Part shown: piece after piece, positions 17,328-27,128 of the stretch | How the letters are laid out: the number at the start of each line of letters is the position of its first letter | Numbering within the stretch: position 1 is the stretch's first letter | Virus record (IMG/VR): IMGVR_UViG_3300045125_000165 | Length of the DNA stretch: 28,386 nt | Strand: one strand, 5' to 3' | From: a virus | Program-made: the position numbers and the translations under genes | Notes under the pieces: generated by a model | The model's database searches: none | The model's input: only the letters and a program-made list of their open reading frames with translations | Told to the model about the DNA's origin: nothing

Positions 17328-17702
17328 TTAAAAATCATCATCGTATTGCCCACCGCAGCCATTACTAGCAGCTTCATTGTCTTTGCGAGAGCCAAGTAGA
17401 TCCAGTCTATCAACCCGAATCACTGGCTTTTGACGCTCATCGCCTGTGGTTCTGTCATTCCATCGATCAAACTTAAGAGAGCCAATAACACCAATTAAGC
17501 TACCTTTCTTGACATAGTTTTGAGCGACTTCAGCAGTCTTGTCCCATAGCTCTAGATCAAACCAGTCGGGCGGATCATCACGGTTACTGGTATTGCGATT
17601 GACGGCGATAGTAAAGTTAGCGACAACTTTACCTGACTCAAAATACTTGACTTCAGGATCGCGTCCTGCACGACCGACTAGATGGACTTTATTTAACGTC
17701 AT
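17328..17702 (-). CDS. ssb: Single-stranded DNA-binding protein (canonical short cyanobacterial type)
   Basis: MTLNKVHLVGRAGRDPEVKYFESGKVVANFTIAVNR...PDWFDLELWDKTAEVA...; tail YDDDF. Confidence 0.95.
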   Translation of the reverse strand: MTLNKVHLVGRAGRDPEVKYFESGKVVANFTIAVNRNTSNRDDPPDWFDLELWDKTAEVAQNYVKKGSLIGVIGSLKFDRWNDRTTGDERQKPVIRVDRLDLLGSRKDNEAASNGCGGQYDDDF

Positions 17703-18004
17703 AGCTTGATTTTGTCCCAATGTTTTTTAGTGAATGCGATCGCCTCTTGGATAGAGTCGAATGCAGTTTTCTCTCTAAATTTGTCTGTTTTATGGCGTGG
17801 CTCTTGCACCCAAGTTTTGTTTTTAGTAAATAAACAATGATTGCAAGAGATTACCCAATACACGTTCTCTAAAGCTCTTTGTCCATCTTTAAGCTCAAAC
17901 TTAAAAACCGAGCGAATCTCTAAAACATCTGCGCGACGTTCATCTAGCAAAATCCGTAAGCTTGGATAAACTGGTAATTCAAAATCCTCAATATTTAGTT
18001 CCAT
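17699..18004 (-). CDS. Hypothetical protein
   Basis: Coupled ORF. Confidence 0.6.
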   Translation of the reverse strand: MELNIEDFELPVYPSLRILLDERRADVLEIRSVFKFELKDGQRALENVYWVISCNHCLFTKNKTWVQEPRHKTDKFREKTAFDSIQEAIAFTKKHWDKIKL

Positions 18005-18251
18005 TGGTTAATTCAAACTCATACGGCGCGATCGCCTCCAAATGTTTACCTTGATCGCCTTTGAAATTTCGATAATAATCAAAAGCTATTTCGTTCTGTC
18101 TCGCGATCGCTGGCAGCTCAAAGCGATCGCCTTTGATATACACAGCACAATGATTAGCGATCGCGCCTTCACCAACTGCAAGGGCAACGGGCGAAGTGTA
18201 CGGGAATGTTGTGGCGATCGCGATATGTTCACTGGTTACACTAATTTTCAT
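17988..18251 (-). CDS. Hypothetical phage protein
   Basis: MKISVTSEHI..., 87 aa; contains 5 HIP1 sites. Confidence 0.6.
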   Translation of the reverse strand: MKISVTSEHIAIATTFPYTSPVALAVGEGAIANHCAVYIKGDRFELPAIARQNEIAFDYYRNFKGDQGKHLEAIAPYEFELTNGTKY

Positions 18252-18464
18252 TTATTGCTTTTCTCGCGAAATAAAATAACGAAGCTTGCTAACCATGTAA
18301 TAGAACTGAGCGTAAAGCCCTTGACGATCAGTTTCACCCCATTGCCTTGCAGCCGATCGCCAGTCAACACCATAGCGATCAAGGATGTAATTATTGACCT
18401 CTCTGACATTGCGATCGTAAAACTCTTGCCAAGTTTCTCTAGGGAATGGGTTTAGTTCCATCAC
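18252..18464 (-). CDS. Hypothetical protein
   Basis: Coupled ORF. Confidence 0.6.
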   Translation of the reverse strand: MMELNPFPRETWQEFYDRNVREVNNYILDRYGVDWRSAARQWGETDRQGLYAQFYYMVSKLRYFISREKQ

Positions 18465-18610
18465 TTCACCTTTTTATCTGCATCAATCAGAAGCTTAGTT
18501 ATTAACTCTGAATCACTTGCTAGATCCCATTTAGCTTTTAGCCTTGCGATAATTGTATCTGCCATAGAGTCAGGCAAGCCAAGCCTGTACCATCTTTGTT
18601 TTTTCGCCAT
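18461..18610 (-). CDS. Small ribbon-helix-helix-like protein (not in the ORF track)
   Basis: MAKKQRWYRLGLPDSMADTIIARLKAKWDLASDSELITKLLIDADKKVK*; abuts or overlaps both neighbours. Confidence 0.55.
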   Translation of the reverse strand: MAKKQRWYRLGLPDSMADTIIARLKAKWDLASDSELITKLLIDADKKVK

Positions 18611-18611
18611 A

Positions 18612-18839
18612 TCAAACCCTGCAAATGTTTAGCAGCCGACCATTTGCAACATGTTCGTTGGGGTATCCGTTATCTATTAATGCCTCTTTGATGCGAAGCA
18701 TTAATTTAATAGGATCTGTTCCTTCTTCTGTATAGGCTTTTACCAGCCCAGAGCCAATATAAACAGTTGGTTCGCTCGTAGTATTTTCGGCTGATAATTC
18801 CCACTCAAAGAAGAACAGAACAGGGACAAAATTACTCAT
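18612..18839 (-). CDS. Hypothetical protein
   Basis: GGAG ribosome-binding site upstream; first gene of a sub-operon. Confidence 0.6.
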   Translation of the reverse strand: MSNFVPVLFFFEWELSAENTTSEPTVYIGSGLVKAYTEEGTDPIKLMLRIKEALIDNGYPNEHVANGRLLNICRV

Positions 18840-19061
18840 TATTTATCTCCAAATAATTTGATTATCGCGATCGCGCCTACAACTTGACCGCAAACAATAC
18901 TTCTAGTAGGAGAAGGAGCGATTTCTCGCCCGTCAATCATCGCTTTATCCTCAAATAGTACCCGTCAACACGGCTGTTCTTTGGTGCGGTCATTTAACTA
19001 ATGTCAATTTAACATTAAAAACCATTTTTAGCAACTGGTAATTTATGGTAAATAAAAAAGC

Positions 19062-19565
19062 TTAAAACCACTCATTATCTGTGATTGGCATCTTCTCAAG
19101 AATCTTGTTAAATGATCGCACAATACACAAATCCCGAATAGGCGCTGGCACAACCTGAATAAAATGACGGTATTCGGGAGTGTCTTCTTTGTAGTTGTGG
19201 CGAGTGAACGCAATTAGCTCTACCCATTTATCAATAATGTCGTCGGTTAAGATCGCGCAGTCATCCATCCAATACCATTGACCTATTCGAGTAGTTGCGT
19301 CCCACTCATGCCATAGCCTAGCTTTCTTGGTTTCCTTGTCTCTAGAGCGATTTAGTACTGTGAAAATATGCTCACCGTGCGCCACTACTTGACCTACTTC
19401 GGGAGGCATGGCAACGGCGATCATGGGAAAGTTCTCTTTCCATTCTTCGCATTCAGTAACGGGGAATATTGCCATAGATTCTGTGGCATAGCGATCGCCT
19501 TTCTTGTTCTTTTTGACGCTTAGAAATAGCGTGTTAGTTGGTTTGTGGATTAGTGTGTCAGGTAT
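19062..19565 (-). CDS. Hypothetical protein downstream of the helicase
   Basis: Frame is open from 19565 (ATA) immediately after the helicase stop; first ATG at 19475. Confidence 0.6.
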   Translation of the reverse strand: MPDTLIHKPTNTLFLSVKKNKKGDRYATESMAIFPVTECEEWKENFPMIAVAMPPEVGQVVAHGEHIFTVLNRSRDKETKKARLWHEWDATTRIGQWYWMDDCAILTDDIIDKWVELIAFTRHNYKEDTPEYRHFIQVVPAPIRDLCIVRSFNKILEKMPITDNEWF

Positions 19566-21920
19566 TTAAAACTCCTCCCATTCATCTAAATCTGGGTTGT
19601 AAGGTTGTGGTGTGGTTTGTAATTGTTGGGGTTGTTGAGGCGCGTAAACTTCAAGGACAGAGATTGGATTGCCTACTCGGCTATGTCTACCATTGAAAGC
19701 TGATGTGCATTTCCCTCCACTTAAATTGTTTCGGCGTTTTAGAAATCCAAATTCAATAAGCCCTTTGTTTGGACTGTTTGGATTATATTTCTCGTCAAGA
19801 TAGGTGTAGATAATGTCATCACAATCCTGTTCAATTTGCCCCGACTGCTTTGCATCCGCAGGTGTAGGTCTAGCATCCGATCTCTTCTCTGCTTCGCGAT
19901 TAAGTTGTACTAAATAGAAAATCGCAACATCTAGTTCCTTTCTTAAATTCCGCAACTGTCTAAGGCATTCGTTAATGTCCTTGGTTTCATCATAGGTGCG
20001 CTTTTCTGGCTTGAGAAGCTGAATGTAATCAATAAAAATAGCTGAGATAGCACCTTTCTCGACCCGAAAAGAGCGAATCCTAGAGCAAAGGGAATCTACG
20101 CTTTCAATATTGTCATAAATATATAAATTGGTCTGCTTGTAAGCTCCAATCAAATCTTTAAAAGTTTGGCGATCGCGTTCTGATGGAAAATCGTTATAAC
20201 GAAACATATCGCCATCTAAACCTGTATTCATCGCAGCCCCTTTAAAAGCTAGCTCCTCTTTACTAGACTCCAAAGAAAGGTAGATTACGGATTGATCGGG
20301 GTAATCGATCGCTACTTGCTGCGCCCATTGTGCGGTAAGTGTAGTCTTCCCGTTGCTAGGTCTGCCATAAATTCCGACAATTGATTTTTGAGCGACTTGC
20401 CCAATTTCATCAAGTTCACGAATACCAGATCTCAAGGTTCGCTTTAATTCGATTTCAGGATTAGCTTCTTTTTTGGCTTGAATCTCAGTACTGTGACGCT
20501 CTAGAATTTCTCCCATGTTTAGAAACTCGCCGCCAGAACTTTGCAAGGTTTGGAAATCGACAAACTTCTGTTGCGCGATCGCTACTAGTTTCCTGACATC
20601 TTGAGACTCTTCGGTAAAAAGCTTGGAAAATTCGCGCCCCAATGCTTCGACCTGTCCGCAAAATGTATTTGTCTTTGACGACTTTGCATTGAAAAGCTAG
20701 ATCATTGTCGGCAAATTGTTCAGCGCGATCGCGATAACTCTGTAGGTCTTTCTGACTAACCTTATCTCCAAATCCTTGCGAGTAAGCCTTTGATGCACAC
20801 TTAAAACATCAATAGGCTCTAACTCATGAAAAAGCTCTAGAATCGCAGCGCAAATTTCGCGGTTTAAAGGGCGGTAAAAGTGGTCAGGGGATACTAGACT
20901 ACCTAAAGTACTGCCAACACGGTTTTTATCTAGCAAAAACTGCCCAATGATGAAAGATTCAGCGTCAAGATCTTGCGGGGGGATCGATTGGCTGTTGATC
21001 GGCACTAGGTTGCCTAACTCTGTCTCAGGGGTGTAAATCCTTTGTGTTTCAATGGACTCAAGGATTAATTGCTTAGCAAGGTCAGGATCACCAATGTCTT
21101 CTACCCAGTCTTTGAGGTCATAGCCCTTGCCTGTCTCCCATCTTTCCCATTCTGGGTTAGTTGGATCAGCATAAAGCCATTGAGCTTTGATGTCTTGACT
21201 GATTTCTAGGCAATGCTTTACACCAGAGCGATCGCGATCGGGGCATAGAACCACGTTAGCGCCCTCTAGTGAAGACACGTAAAGACTAGGCTCTTTGTCT
21301 ACTAATCCCTGAATGAGATTTGGTACATCTTGACTCATTCCTCCATATGCTTTCCACTTTCCAGAGCCGCCGATATTGGTGGTTGCTGCTAGCCCCATGC
21401 TTAGCAATAAATCGACTACTAGTTCACCCTCAACGTAAAACAATGGCTTACCTGTGGCGATCGCGGTCTTGGTTAATTGGATCGTTGATGCGATAGAGGT
21501 TAACTTTGCGCTTAATCTCATCTGGCATATCAAAGCTTTGCCACTTTTCGCCATTCCACCAAGCTTGCCTGATTTCTTTTTGCCATCACCTAAGTCTGTG
21601 CGCTTAACCTGTACCAATTTTTCGCCATTTTGTGCGGGGTATTGAAAATAAACAGGCTTTGATGCTGGTCTAATGGGCTTTTGCCATTGCACAGCCTTTT
21701 CTTTGGTTTCAGCGATCGCGAGATTTTAGGGGTCTGATCGCTTCGCGAATCTTATCGTGTGAGCATTGCCCATTGCTATAGCAGGAGTACTCGCCTGTTT
21801 TTGCGTCTACTGAGAGGCTGTTGCCGCCACAACTAGGACAAACATAGTAACCACGCCCTTTATGACTTGGGGTGAGTGTTTCGTGAAGTTGCGGATATCG
21901 AAGGTTTCTAGTATTCCCAT
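19566..21920 (-). CDS. dnaB: Primase (Zn finger + TOPRIM) - DnaB helicase fusion, split by indels
   Basis: N-terminal YVCPSCGG...YSCY...C zinc finger. TOPRIM YVEGE...CPDRDRSG. DnaB N-domain PPQDLDAE...HFYRP...PIDVLSV. Helicase motifs GRPSNGKT, SLES, IDYIQL, QLNRE, SGQIEQDCD. Confidence 0.85.
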
Positions 21921-21921
21921 G

Positions 21922-23246
21922 TCAAGCCGCCTGTGATGATAATAATTTTTGGATTTCTTGGTTTAATGCGGCGATCAACCCGTCTTTCGCTTTGATAAAA
22001 TTTTCGGATTGGATTTGATACGTCGCAAAATCGCCATCTGCTAAGTGTTTGGCTGTCAATAGTTTTGCAAGCCTTTCGGGATTACCTTGTACTTTTTCCA
22101 AAAACTTTTGACAACGCTCGTCAACTGGATCGGGTGGATGAGTATTGTTCATACCCCAGACGATTTCAGCGTCGCCAGTGGTTTTGTTGAGTCTGCCTAG
22201 CTTTGGATAGAAATGCTCCCATCGACAATCGACCATTAACACCATCCCGTTTTCGTCAACCTCACCAACTTTAGGCATTGCCTGAATCGTACTTTGCGGT
22301 GATTCGGTTTCTTGCGGTTGGTTTAGCGTTGGATTGGAGGCTAGAGCTTTTTCGTAGGCGATCGCTGCATCAACTCGTAACTGAAATGAAGTTAAATCGT
22401 CATGCCTGATGTAGTTGGAAAGGCTGTTTATGGCATTGCCTCGTTCGCAAGGGCTAGAAAGCTTACGCAAGTGTTCGATCTGCACAACCAGCAAAGACTC
22501 TTTGAAATTAGCTTTAGATGTTTCACTAAAAGCCCATTCAGTAAGTATTTCTCGCCATACATCATCCATAGGCTTGATATACCTTTCCCACCATTGAGGC
22601 TTAGCTTTGCGCTCAAACCTCCCCTCAAATTTCGCCTTTAGCTCGGCGACTGCGTCACTTAACGGGGCGGGGGTAGGGGGCGGGGTCTTGTTTGTTTGCG
22701 CTGTCAGCAGATTTTAATTCTTGCTCCATCGCTTGATTTTGATTTGGCGGGTCAGAGAGAAAAGCATCCCCTTCTTTTTCTTCTTTGTCTTTTTCAATTT
22801 GTATATTTTTAGTTTGTATATTTAGAGTCCCATATGGGACTAGTTGGTAGTCCCATATGGGACTAGTCTCAGTCCCATATGGGACTAGTTGGGATTGCTT
22901 TTTTAGGACTAGTCCCATTTGGGACTAGTCCTAAATGGGACTGGTTGCTCTTGATTTTGTCGAATGGAAATACTTTGTATATGTTGGATGATTGGGTTGC
23001 GTCTCCAGTTTTTACGATTTCTATGTAGCCGTTCTGTACTAAATAATTGATAGCCCCGCTAATTGCTGTGCGCCCAATCCTAGCCTTCTTTTGGATAGAC
23101 GAATAACTAGGATTGCATTCATAGCTTTGACTATTTGAATGTCTTCTTAAAATCATGTACACAGCAAATGTGTTAACACCCATTGCGGTTAAATGTCCAT
23201 CGTCAAAGAACCAATTGGGCATCATAAAGAATGGATCTGTAGCCAT
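21922..23246 (-). CDS. Phage replication initiator (HTH_36 / lambda O-like) with internal iterons, split by indels
   Basis: FFMMPNWFFD...AVYMILRRH...CNPSYSSIQKKARIGRTAISGAINYLVQNGYI winged HTH; iteron block inside the gene; upstream of the primase-helicase. Confidence 0.75.
22826..22942. repeat. Replication origin iterons: palindromic AGTCCCATATGGGACT x3 plus 2 degenerate copies
   Basis: Perfect copies at 22826, 22849 and 22871; variants at 22911 (AGTCCCATTTGGGACT) and 22927 (AGTCCTAAATGGGACT). Adjacent AT-rich tract at about 22770-22825. Confidence 0.85.
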
Positions 23247-23697
23247 CTATGCCTCCTGAGATTGTCTTTCATCTCGCACGGAATCCAATACAAAGCAAAG
23301 TTTTTCTGATCGCCAATACGAAGAGTCTGAAAATCCCATACCATCAACAGATATAGAAACTTTTATGTACTGTAGGATCAAATTGGCTTGAGGTAATATA
23401 GTCTTCTCAATCCAATCGTGGATTTTTAAGTCTGCGATAATATCTTGATCGTCAATAGCTGGCAATTTCAATGGAAATAAATCTTCGTATTCATGCCAAG
23501 GCACAGTAAATTCACCTTCTCCTTCGCCAGACTCAAGAATTAAATGCTCTAGCGAATCCATCACATACTCAATAAATTGCTTGAATGAATCCATAAACTC
23601 TTCGCTCTGAATAATTGCAAGAGCTACTTTGCTTGTAGAGCGATCGCGATTGAAATTTAAAAGCCTCTTCCTTGGTAGCGCAATCTAAAACACTCAT
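23247..23697 (-). CDS. Hypothetical acidic protein (5' end frameshifted)
   Basis: ORF 23247-23594; the probable true start at 23697 overlaps the stop of the upstream RHH gene. Confidence 0.55.
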
Positions 23698-23861
23698 GCC
23701 GCCTTCTCCAATTCTTCTGCTCTCGCAATCAAATCACGCATTGCTCTACGCAATTCCTTAGATAAATCGGTATCAAGCTTTTCGGCGGCTTCATTAGCAC
23801 GCTCTCTCAAGGACTTAGGCGCTTGAAAGTTGATAACAACCTTCGCTTCTGATTCTTTCAT
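23694..23861 (-). CDS. CopG/RHH-like small regulator (not in the ORF track)
   Basis: MKESEAKVVINFQAPKSLRERANEAAEKLDTDLSKELRRAMRDLIARAEELEKAA*, a beta-alpha-alpha pattern; first gene after a promoter. Confidence 0.7.
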   Translation of the reverse strand: MKESEAKVVINFQAPKSLRERANEAAEKLDTDLSKELRRAMRDLIARAEELEKAA

Positions 23862-23886
23862 TCTTTATTTGTAACTCAATAATTAA

Positions 23887-23915
23887 AGAATAATTCTTTT
23901 ACACCCATTTGTCAA
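23887..23915 (-). promoter_or_regulatory. Sigma70-type promoter for the replication operon
   Basis: TTGACA-N17-TATTCT on the minus strand. Confidence 0.65.
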
Positions 23916-23942
23916 TTACTGAAACTGGAAAATACAAAAAAT

Positions 23943-23975
23943 AAAGCACAGCATCCTTGCGAATAACTGTGCTTA
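23943..23975 (-). terminator. Hairpin, possible terminator of the upstream leftward operon
   Basis: AAGCACAG...CTGTGCTT stem followed on the minus strand by TATTTTTTG. Confidence 0.45.
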
Positions 23976-24081
23976 TGTGTGGTGTGGAATTGACGGCGAA
24001 TTAATCGCCTAGCCTAGTCGTCAAAGCTATGGTTAGTAATAATTTGGAGGCGATCGCGTAAATAAGATTAGTTGACTGACT

Positions 24082-24651
24082 CTATTTAACAAACGGCTCC
24101 AGCCAAGTCGAAACGTGCATATAGCCAAATCCAGCGTTAACTGCTGCACCGAAATCCTCATCGCGATCGCTGACCATGAGATAACGATAGCGATCGCCTT
24201 CACTTGCTGGCAAGAGTTCCAATCCTTTTGAAGTCCGAACAATATCTTGCAAGGAAGCATTTCGGGAATACCTCAAAGCATTTAACATTCCACCTTGGGG
24301 TTTTCTGAATGTTCCGATGTATTTAGGATATGCGTCGCTGTACTTGCAAGAACTTAAGAAATCCACCAAGTAAGCACTTTGTCCATCGTCAGGGCAAAAC
24401 ATTCCAATACAAATGCCAGTGAGTTTTATCGCATATTGCATCTCAGCGATCGCCTGTTCCAAAGTTTTGTGACCAGCAGCTACACCGCCTTGATTGCTTG
24501 CGATCGCCATAGTCCAACCGTCAGCAGTATAGGCGGCGATCGCTTCTGCAACACCATCAATGAGAACTTGATCTTCAGGGTGTTGGACAAAGGTATGTCC
24601 TGATTTTGTGCGGGTTAAAGTTCCGTCCTTGTCTAGTACTAATAGTTTCAT
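24082..24651 (-). CDS. HAD-IIIA family phosphatase (polynucleotide 3'-phosphatase / GmhB-like)
   Basis: LVLDKDGTL, IASNQGGV, FRKPQGGML, MVSDRDED..AA..AG. Confidence 0.88.
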   Translation of the reverse strand: MKLLVLDKDGTLTRTKSGHTFVQHPEDQVLIDGVAEAIAAYTADGWTMAIASNQGGVAAGHKTLEQAIAEMQYAIKLTGICIGMFCPDDGQSAYLVDFLSSCKYSDAYPKYIGTFRKPQGGMLNALRYSRNASLQDIVRTSKGLELLPASEGDRYRYLMVSDRDEDFGAAVNAGFGYMHVSTWLEPFVK

Positions 24652-24705
24652 GGGTTCTCCTACTCAACAAAAGTCAAAGTCTTCGACTGCATAACCTTGT
24701 CTAAC

Positions 24706-24921
24706 TCAATCTGAAAAGCTTCCAGCGCTTTCATCATCCGCAAAGCCAAACATCCGCCTAATTTGAATCCAACCAGTCGCGAATCGCTCGTAGATCTCTG
24801 ACCACATTGCGCCATCTCTAACCAAGAGATATCTGGCAGTTGGATCTTGCAATGCGATCGCCTCAATATCTTTGCAGTATGACCAGTCAGGATTATCTTC
24901 TTGCTGCCAGATAGTTCTCAT
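24706..24921 (-). CDS. Hypothetical protein
   Basis: ORF track; 3' end possibly shifted to 24660. Confidence 0.45.
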   Translation of the reverse strand: MRTIWQQEDNPDWSYCKDIEAIALQDPTARYLLVRDGAMWSEIYERFATGWIQIRRMFGFADDESAGSFSD

Positions 24922-24995
24922 TGTTTTTCATCAGATAGCATTGCCCAAAGCCTACATTTAATAGGTCGTCTGGTTTCAGTTTCTTTGTCATAGCT

Positions 24996-25199
24996 CTACC
25001 TCAAAATATTTAAACTGTTAGCCTTTTCTATCGCGAATCGAACTACAGCATCCAAAAGCTGATATTTCAGCACTTTTTTGTCGTCTGGCAGTAGCTCGTC
25101 TAACTCATTGATGAGCTTGTTAAAATCTTCATCACCACCATTCGCGATCGCGTCAGTATAAATAGCTTCGATAAAATTCTCGCGGTTTGCGGTATTCAC
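24996..25199 (-). CDS. Hypothetical protein
   Basis: Coupled ORF. Confidence 0.55.
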   Translation of the reverse strand: MNTANRENFIEAIYTDAIANGGDEDFNKLINELDELLPDDKKVLKYQLLDAVVRFAIEKANSLNILR

Positions 25200-25531
25200 G
25201 ACTTTACCTCAATCAATTTGCAAATCTGCTCCAAATCTTCATCGCTCAACCCGTCGCCAAAGCCCCAAGCAGATACAGCTTTTTTGATTTTGGTGATGTT
25301 GCGATCGCGTTGCAAGTGGCGATCGTAGGCTTCTTGACTGTCCCATAGCTCATAGTTATCCCGAATCCCTGTAAAAGGGAATTGCTTCGGTCTGCCATAT
25401 TGAGTAATAGTCAAGTATTTTGAGCCGACCTTATCAACTGGTAATAACTTGGGCTCGTCTCTTTGGCGGCGATTGTCGTTACGGTCTATTAGTAGAAGGC
25501 GATCGCCTACCTTTGGAATATCGGTTAACAT
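25196..25531 (-). CDS. Hypothetical phage protein (SH3/beta-barrel-like N-terminus)
   Basis: KVGDRL...VDKVGSKYLTI pattern common in small phage proteins. Confidence 0.6.
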   Translation of the reverse strand: MLTDIPKVGDRLLLIDRNDNRRQRDEPKLLPVDKVGSKYLTITQYGRPKQFPFTGIRDNYELWDSQEAYDRHLQRDRNITKIKKAVSAWGFGDGLSDEDLEQICKLIEVKS

Positions 25532-25773
25532 AGCGACTGACCATTGATAGAGTTCATTTCAAAAGCAAGCCCTTGCACTAGTAAATCAAGTAGCTCAGGA
25601 CTGTCGGCTAATTGTTTTTGTACTTCAGTGAACACATACACAGCCTGTAATGGATTTAATTCCGAGAGCTTGGCGAACACTTCTTTCCATTTCCTGCGCC
25701 GCGAAAGATGGACAATCTCTACAGCAATATAAATACCATCTGCGTAACTCATCCATTCCCACTGTTTACTCAT
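25525..25773 (-). CDS. Hypothetical protein
   Basis: Coupled ORF. Confidence 0.55.
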   Translation of the reverse strand: MSKQWEWMSYADGIYIAVEIVHLSRRRKWKEVFAKLSELNPLQAVYVFTEVQKQLADSPELLDLLVQGLAFEMNSINGQSLC

Positions 25774-26036
25774 ACCTTTCTCCTATAACCTTTGCTTCTA
25801 TCTTTACTTGCTTCGTAATCCCAATGCACAGCGATCGCCAACATCACATCACGCACTGAATGAACAGATCGCTTAAGCTCGGACGCGATCGCCTTGCTAG
25901 TCCTCCATTCGCCATCTTTCATTAGGTTATGAATTTCAACAGCTAATACTTGACTGGGGTATCTAGCAAGTATGGCAGGGTTTTTGTGATAGGCGATCGC
26001 CCACTTCTCAAGGCTGTCGCGCACTTTTTTACGCAT
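25770..26036 (-). CDS. Winged-HTH-like protein
   Basis: IHNLMKDGEWRTSKAIASELKRSVHSVRDVM...SKGY. Confidence 0.6.
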   Translation of the reverse strand: MRKKVRDSLEKWAIAYHKNPAILARYPSQVLAVEIHNLMKDGEWRTSKAIASELKRSVHSVRDVMLAIAVHWDYEASKDRSKGYRRKV

Positions 26037-26103
26037 GGATTACGCCAAAATAAACGACTGGATTTTACGAGAATCAAGAGAATAAAGCGGGTGATAAATT
26101 CGT

Positions 26104-26430
26104 CTAAGGGCTGGAAGGTAGACAGTGTGGTAGTAGACAAAAAACCGCGTAACACTGTCCCTGCGCCACTCTTTCGACCGTGTAGCCTCTTGACTCCCAA
26201 GTTGACGCAAGCCTTTCTGCCAAAGCGATAATGTCGTACCCGTGAGGATCTATCTCTACGGTTCCCTCTTTTATCAAACGCACCCAGATAGGTTTTGGTA
26301 AAGCCAAAACATCTTGAACGCAATCTTCTTTTGATGTGATGACCATTGCCCCATTGCCTTGCACCCTCACCTGTACGTCAGCTACAAACAAGCCACTTAA
26401 ATCAATTGTCACTTCTTCAACCAAATTCAA
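26104..26430 (-). CDS. Hypothetical protein
   Basis: First ORF after a promoter; 3' end possibly frameshifted. Confidence 0.55.
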   Translation of the reverse strand: MNLVEEVTIDLSGLFVADVQVRVQGNGAMVITSKEDCVQDVLALPKPIWVRLIKEGTVEIDPHGYDIIALAERLASTWESRGYTVERVAQGQCYAVFCLLPHCLPSSP

Positions 26431-26439
26431 TATTCTTTA

Positions 26440-26468
26440 ATGATACAGAGACCGTCTCTTTATGTCAA
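26440..26468 (-). promoter_or_regulatory. Sigma70-type promoter with a palindromic operator in the spacer
   Basis: TTGACA-N17-TATCAT; the spacer contains AGAGAC-N-GTCTCT (26447-26459). Confidence 0.7.
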
Positions 26469-26485
26469 CACAAAAAATAAATATT

Positions 26486-26917
26486 CTAACCAATCCCTCC
26501 AAAACGCACTTCTTGGAAACTAATCACACTAAATGTGTCAGCGTCATTCGCTGAGTGATTCAAGAACGTGCATGGCTTTAGAGTGTCGTCGGTGGAAAAC
26601 CTAAACCCATACTCATACTTAAGCTCGTTCCCTCGATGAGCATCAAACCAGTCCTTATTCACCTTAACTGAGAAGCTACGCTCCTTCTGTTCACCAATAA
26701 ACACTTGATCGCCGCCATCGGTTGAGCCAAAACCACTATTATCTGCTTTCCATAACGGTAACTCTTGCCATTCGTAAGGCTGTAGCAGACTATCAACACC
26801 CGATCGCCGCCAATAAAAACGAGCTTCAAGGAAACCTAATCGGCGACCTATTTTTGCTAGGCGATCGCCGACTCTTCTCAGCCTTTGGTTAACTGTTTTA
26901 CCCATGATGCAAACCAT
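26486..26917 (-). CDS. Hypothetical protein
   Basis: 143-aa ORF overlapping the DUF1653 gene. Confidence 0.55.
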   Translation of the reverse strand: MVCIMGKTVNQRLRRVGDRLAKIGRRLGFLEARFYWRRSGVDSLLQPYEWQELPLWKADNSGFGSTDGGDQVFIGEQKERSFSVKVNKDWFDAHRGNELKYEYGFRFSTDDTLKPCTFLNHSANDADTFSVISFQEVRFGGIG

Positions 26918-27128
26918 CAGAATTATCTGCTTTTAGTATAGGCTTGATCTCCTCAAACTTTTGCTTAAACAAGTCTAACGGTCTTACCCAAAAATTATGA
27001 TCACCATCGTAATAACAAACCAGTAACTCATCTGGATTTTCGGAATGCTTGGCGATCGCTAAAGCATAATAGATTTTTTGCGTTTTGATGTTGCGATAGT
27101 AGCAATGAGGGATTACTTGGTTTAGCAT
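26898..27128 (-). CDS. DUF1653 domain protein
   Basis: YRNIK...YYALAIAKHSE..ELLVCY....WVRPLDLF. Confidence 0.8.
   Translation of the reverse strand: MLNQVIPHCYYRNIKTQKIYYALAIAKHSENPDELLVCYYDGDHNFWVRPLDLFKQKFEEIKPILKADNSDGLHHG

Noticed and set aside
22826-22942. Possible CRISPR mini-array
   Set aside because: Gaps between repeats are only 0-24 bp, the repeats lie inside an initiator gene, and no cas operon is present; iterons fit better.
7850-22942. Shared AGTCCC between integrase arm sites and iteron half-sites
   Set aside because: Only 6-7 bp, with different symmetry (direct versus palindromic); likely coincidence.
320-26323. Numerous antisense or shadow ORFs in the track (e.g. 320-562, 827-1219, 1448-1738, 10929-11231, 18042-18455, 25950-26231)
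   Set aside because: They overlap better-supported genes on the opposite strand and have no recognisable motifs.
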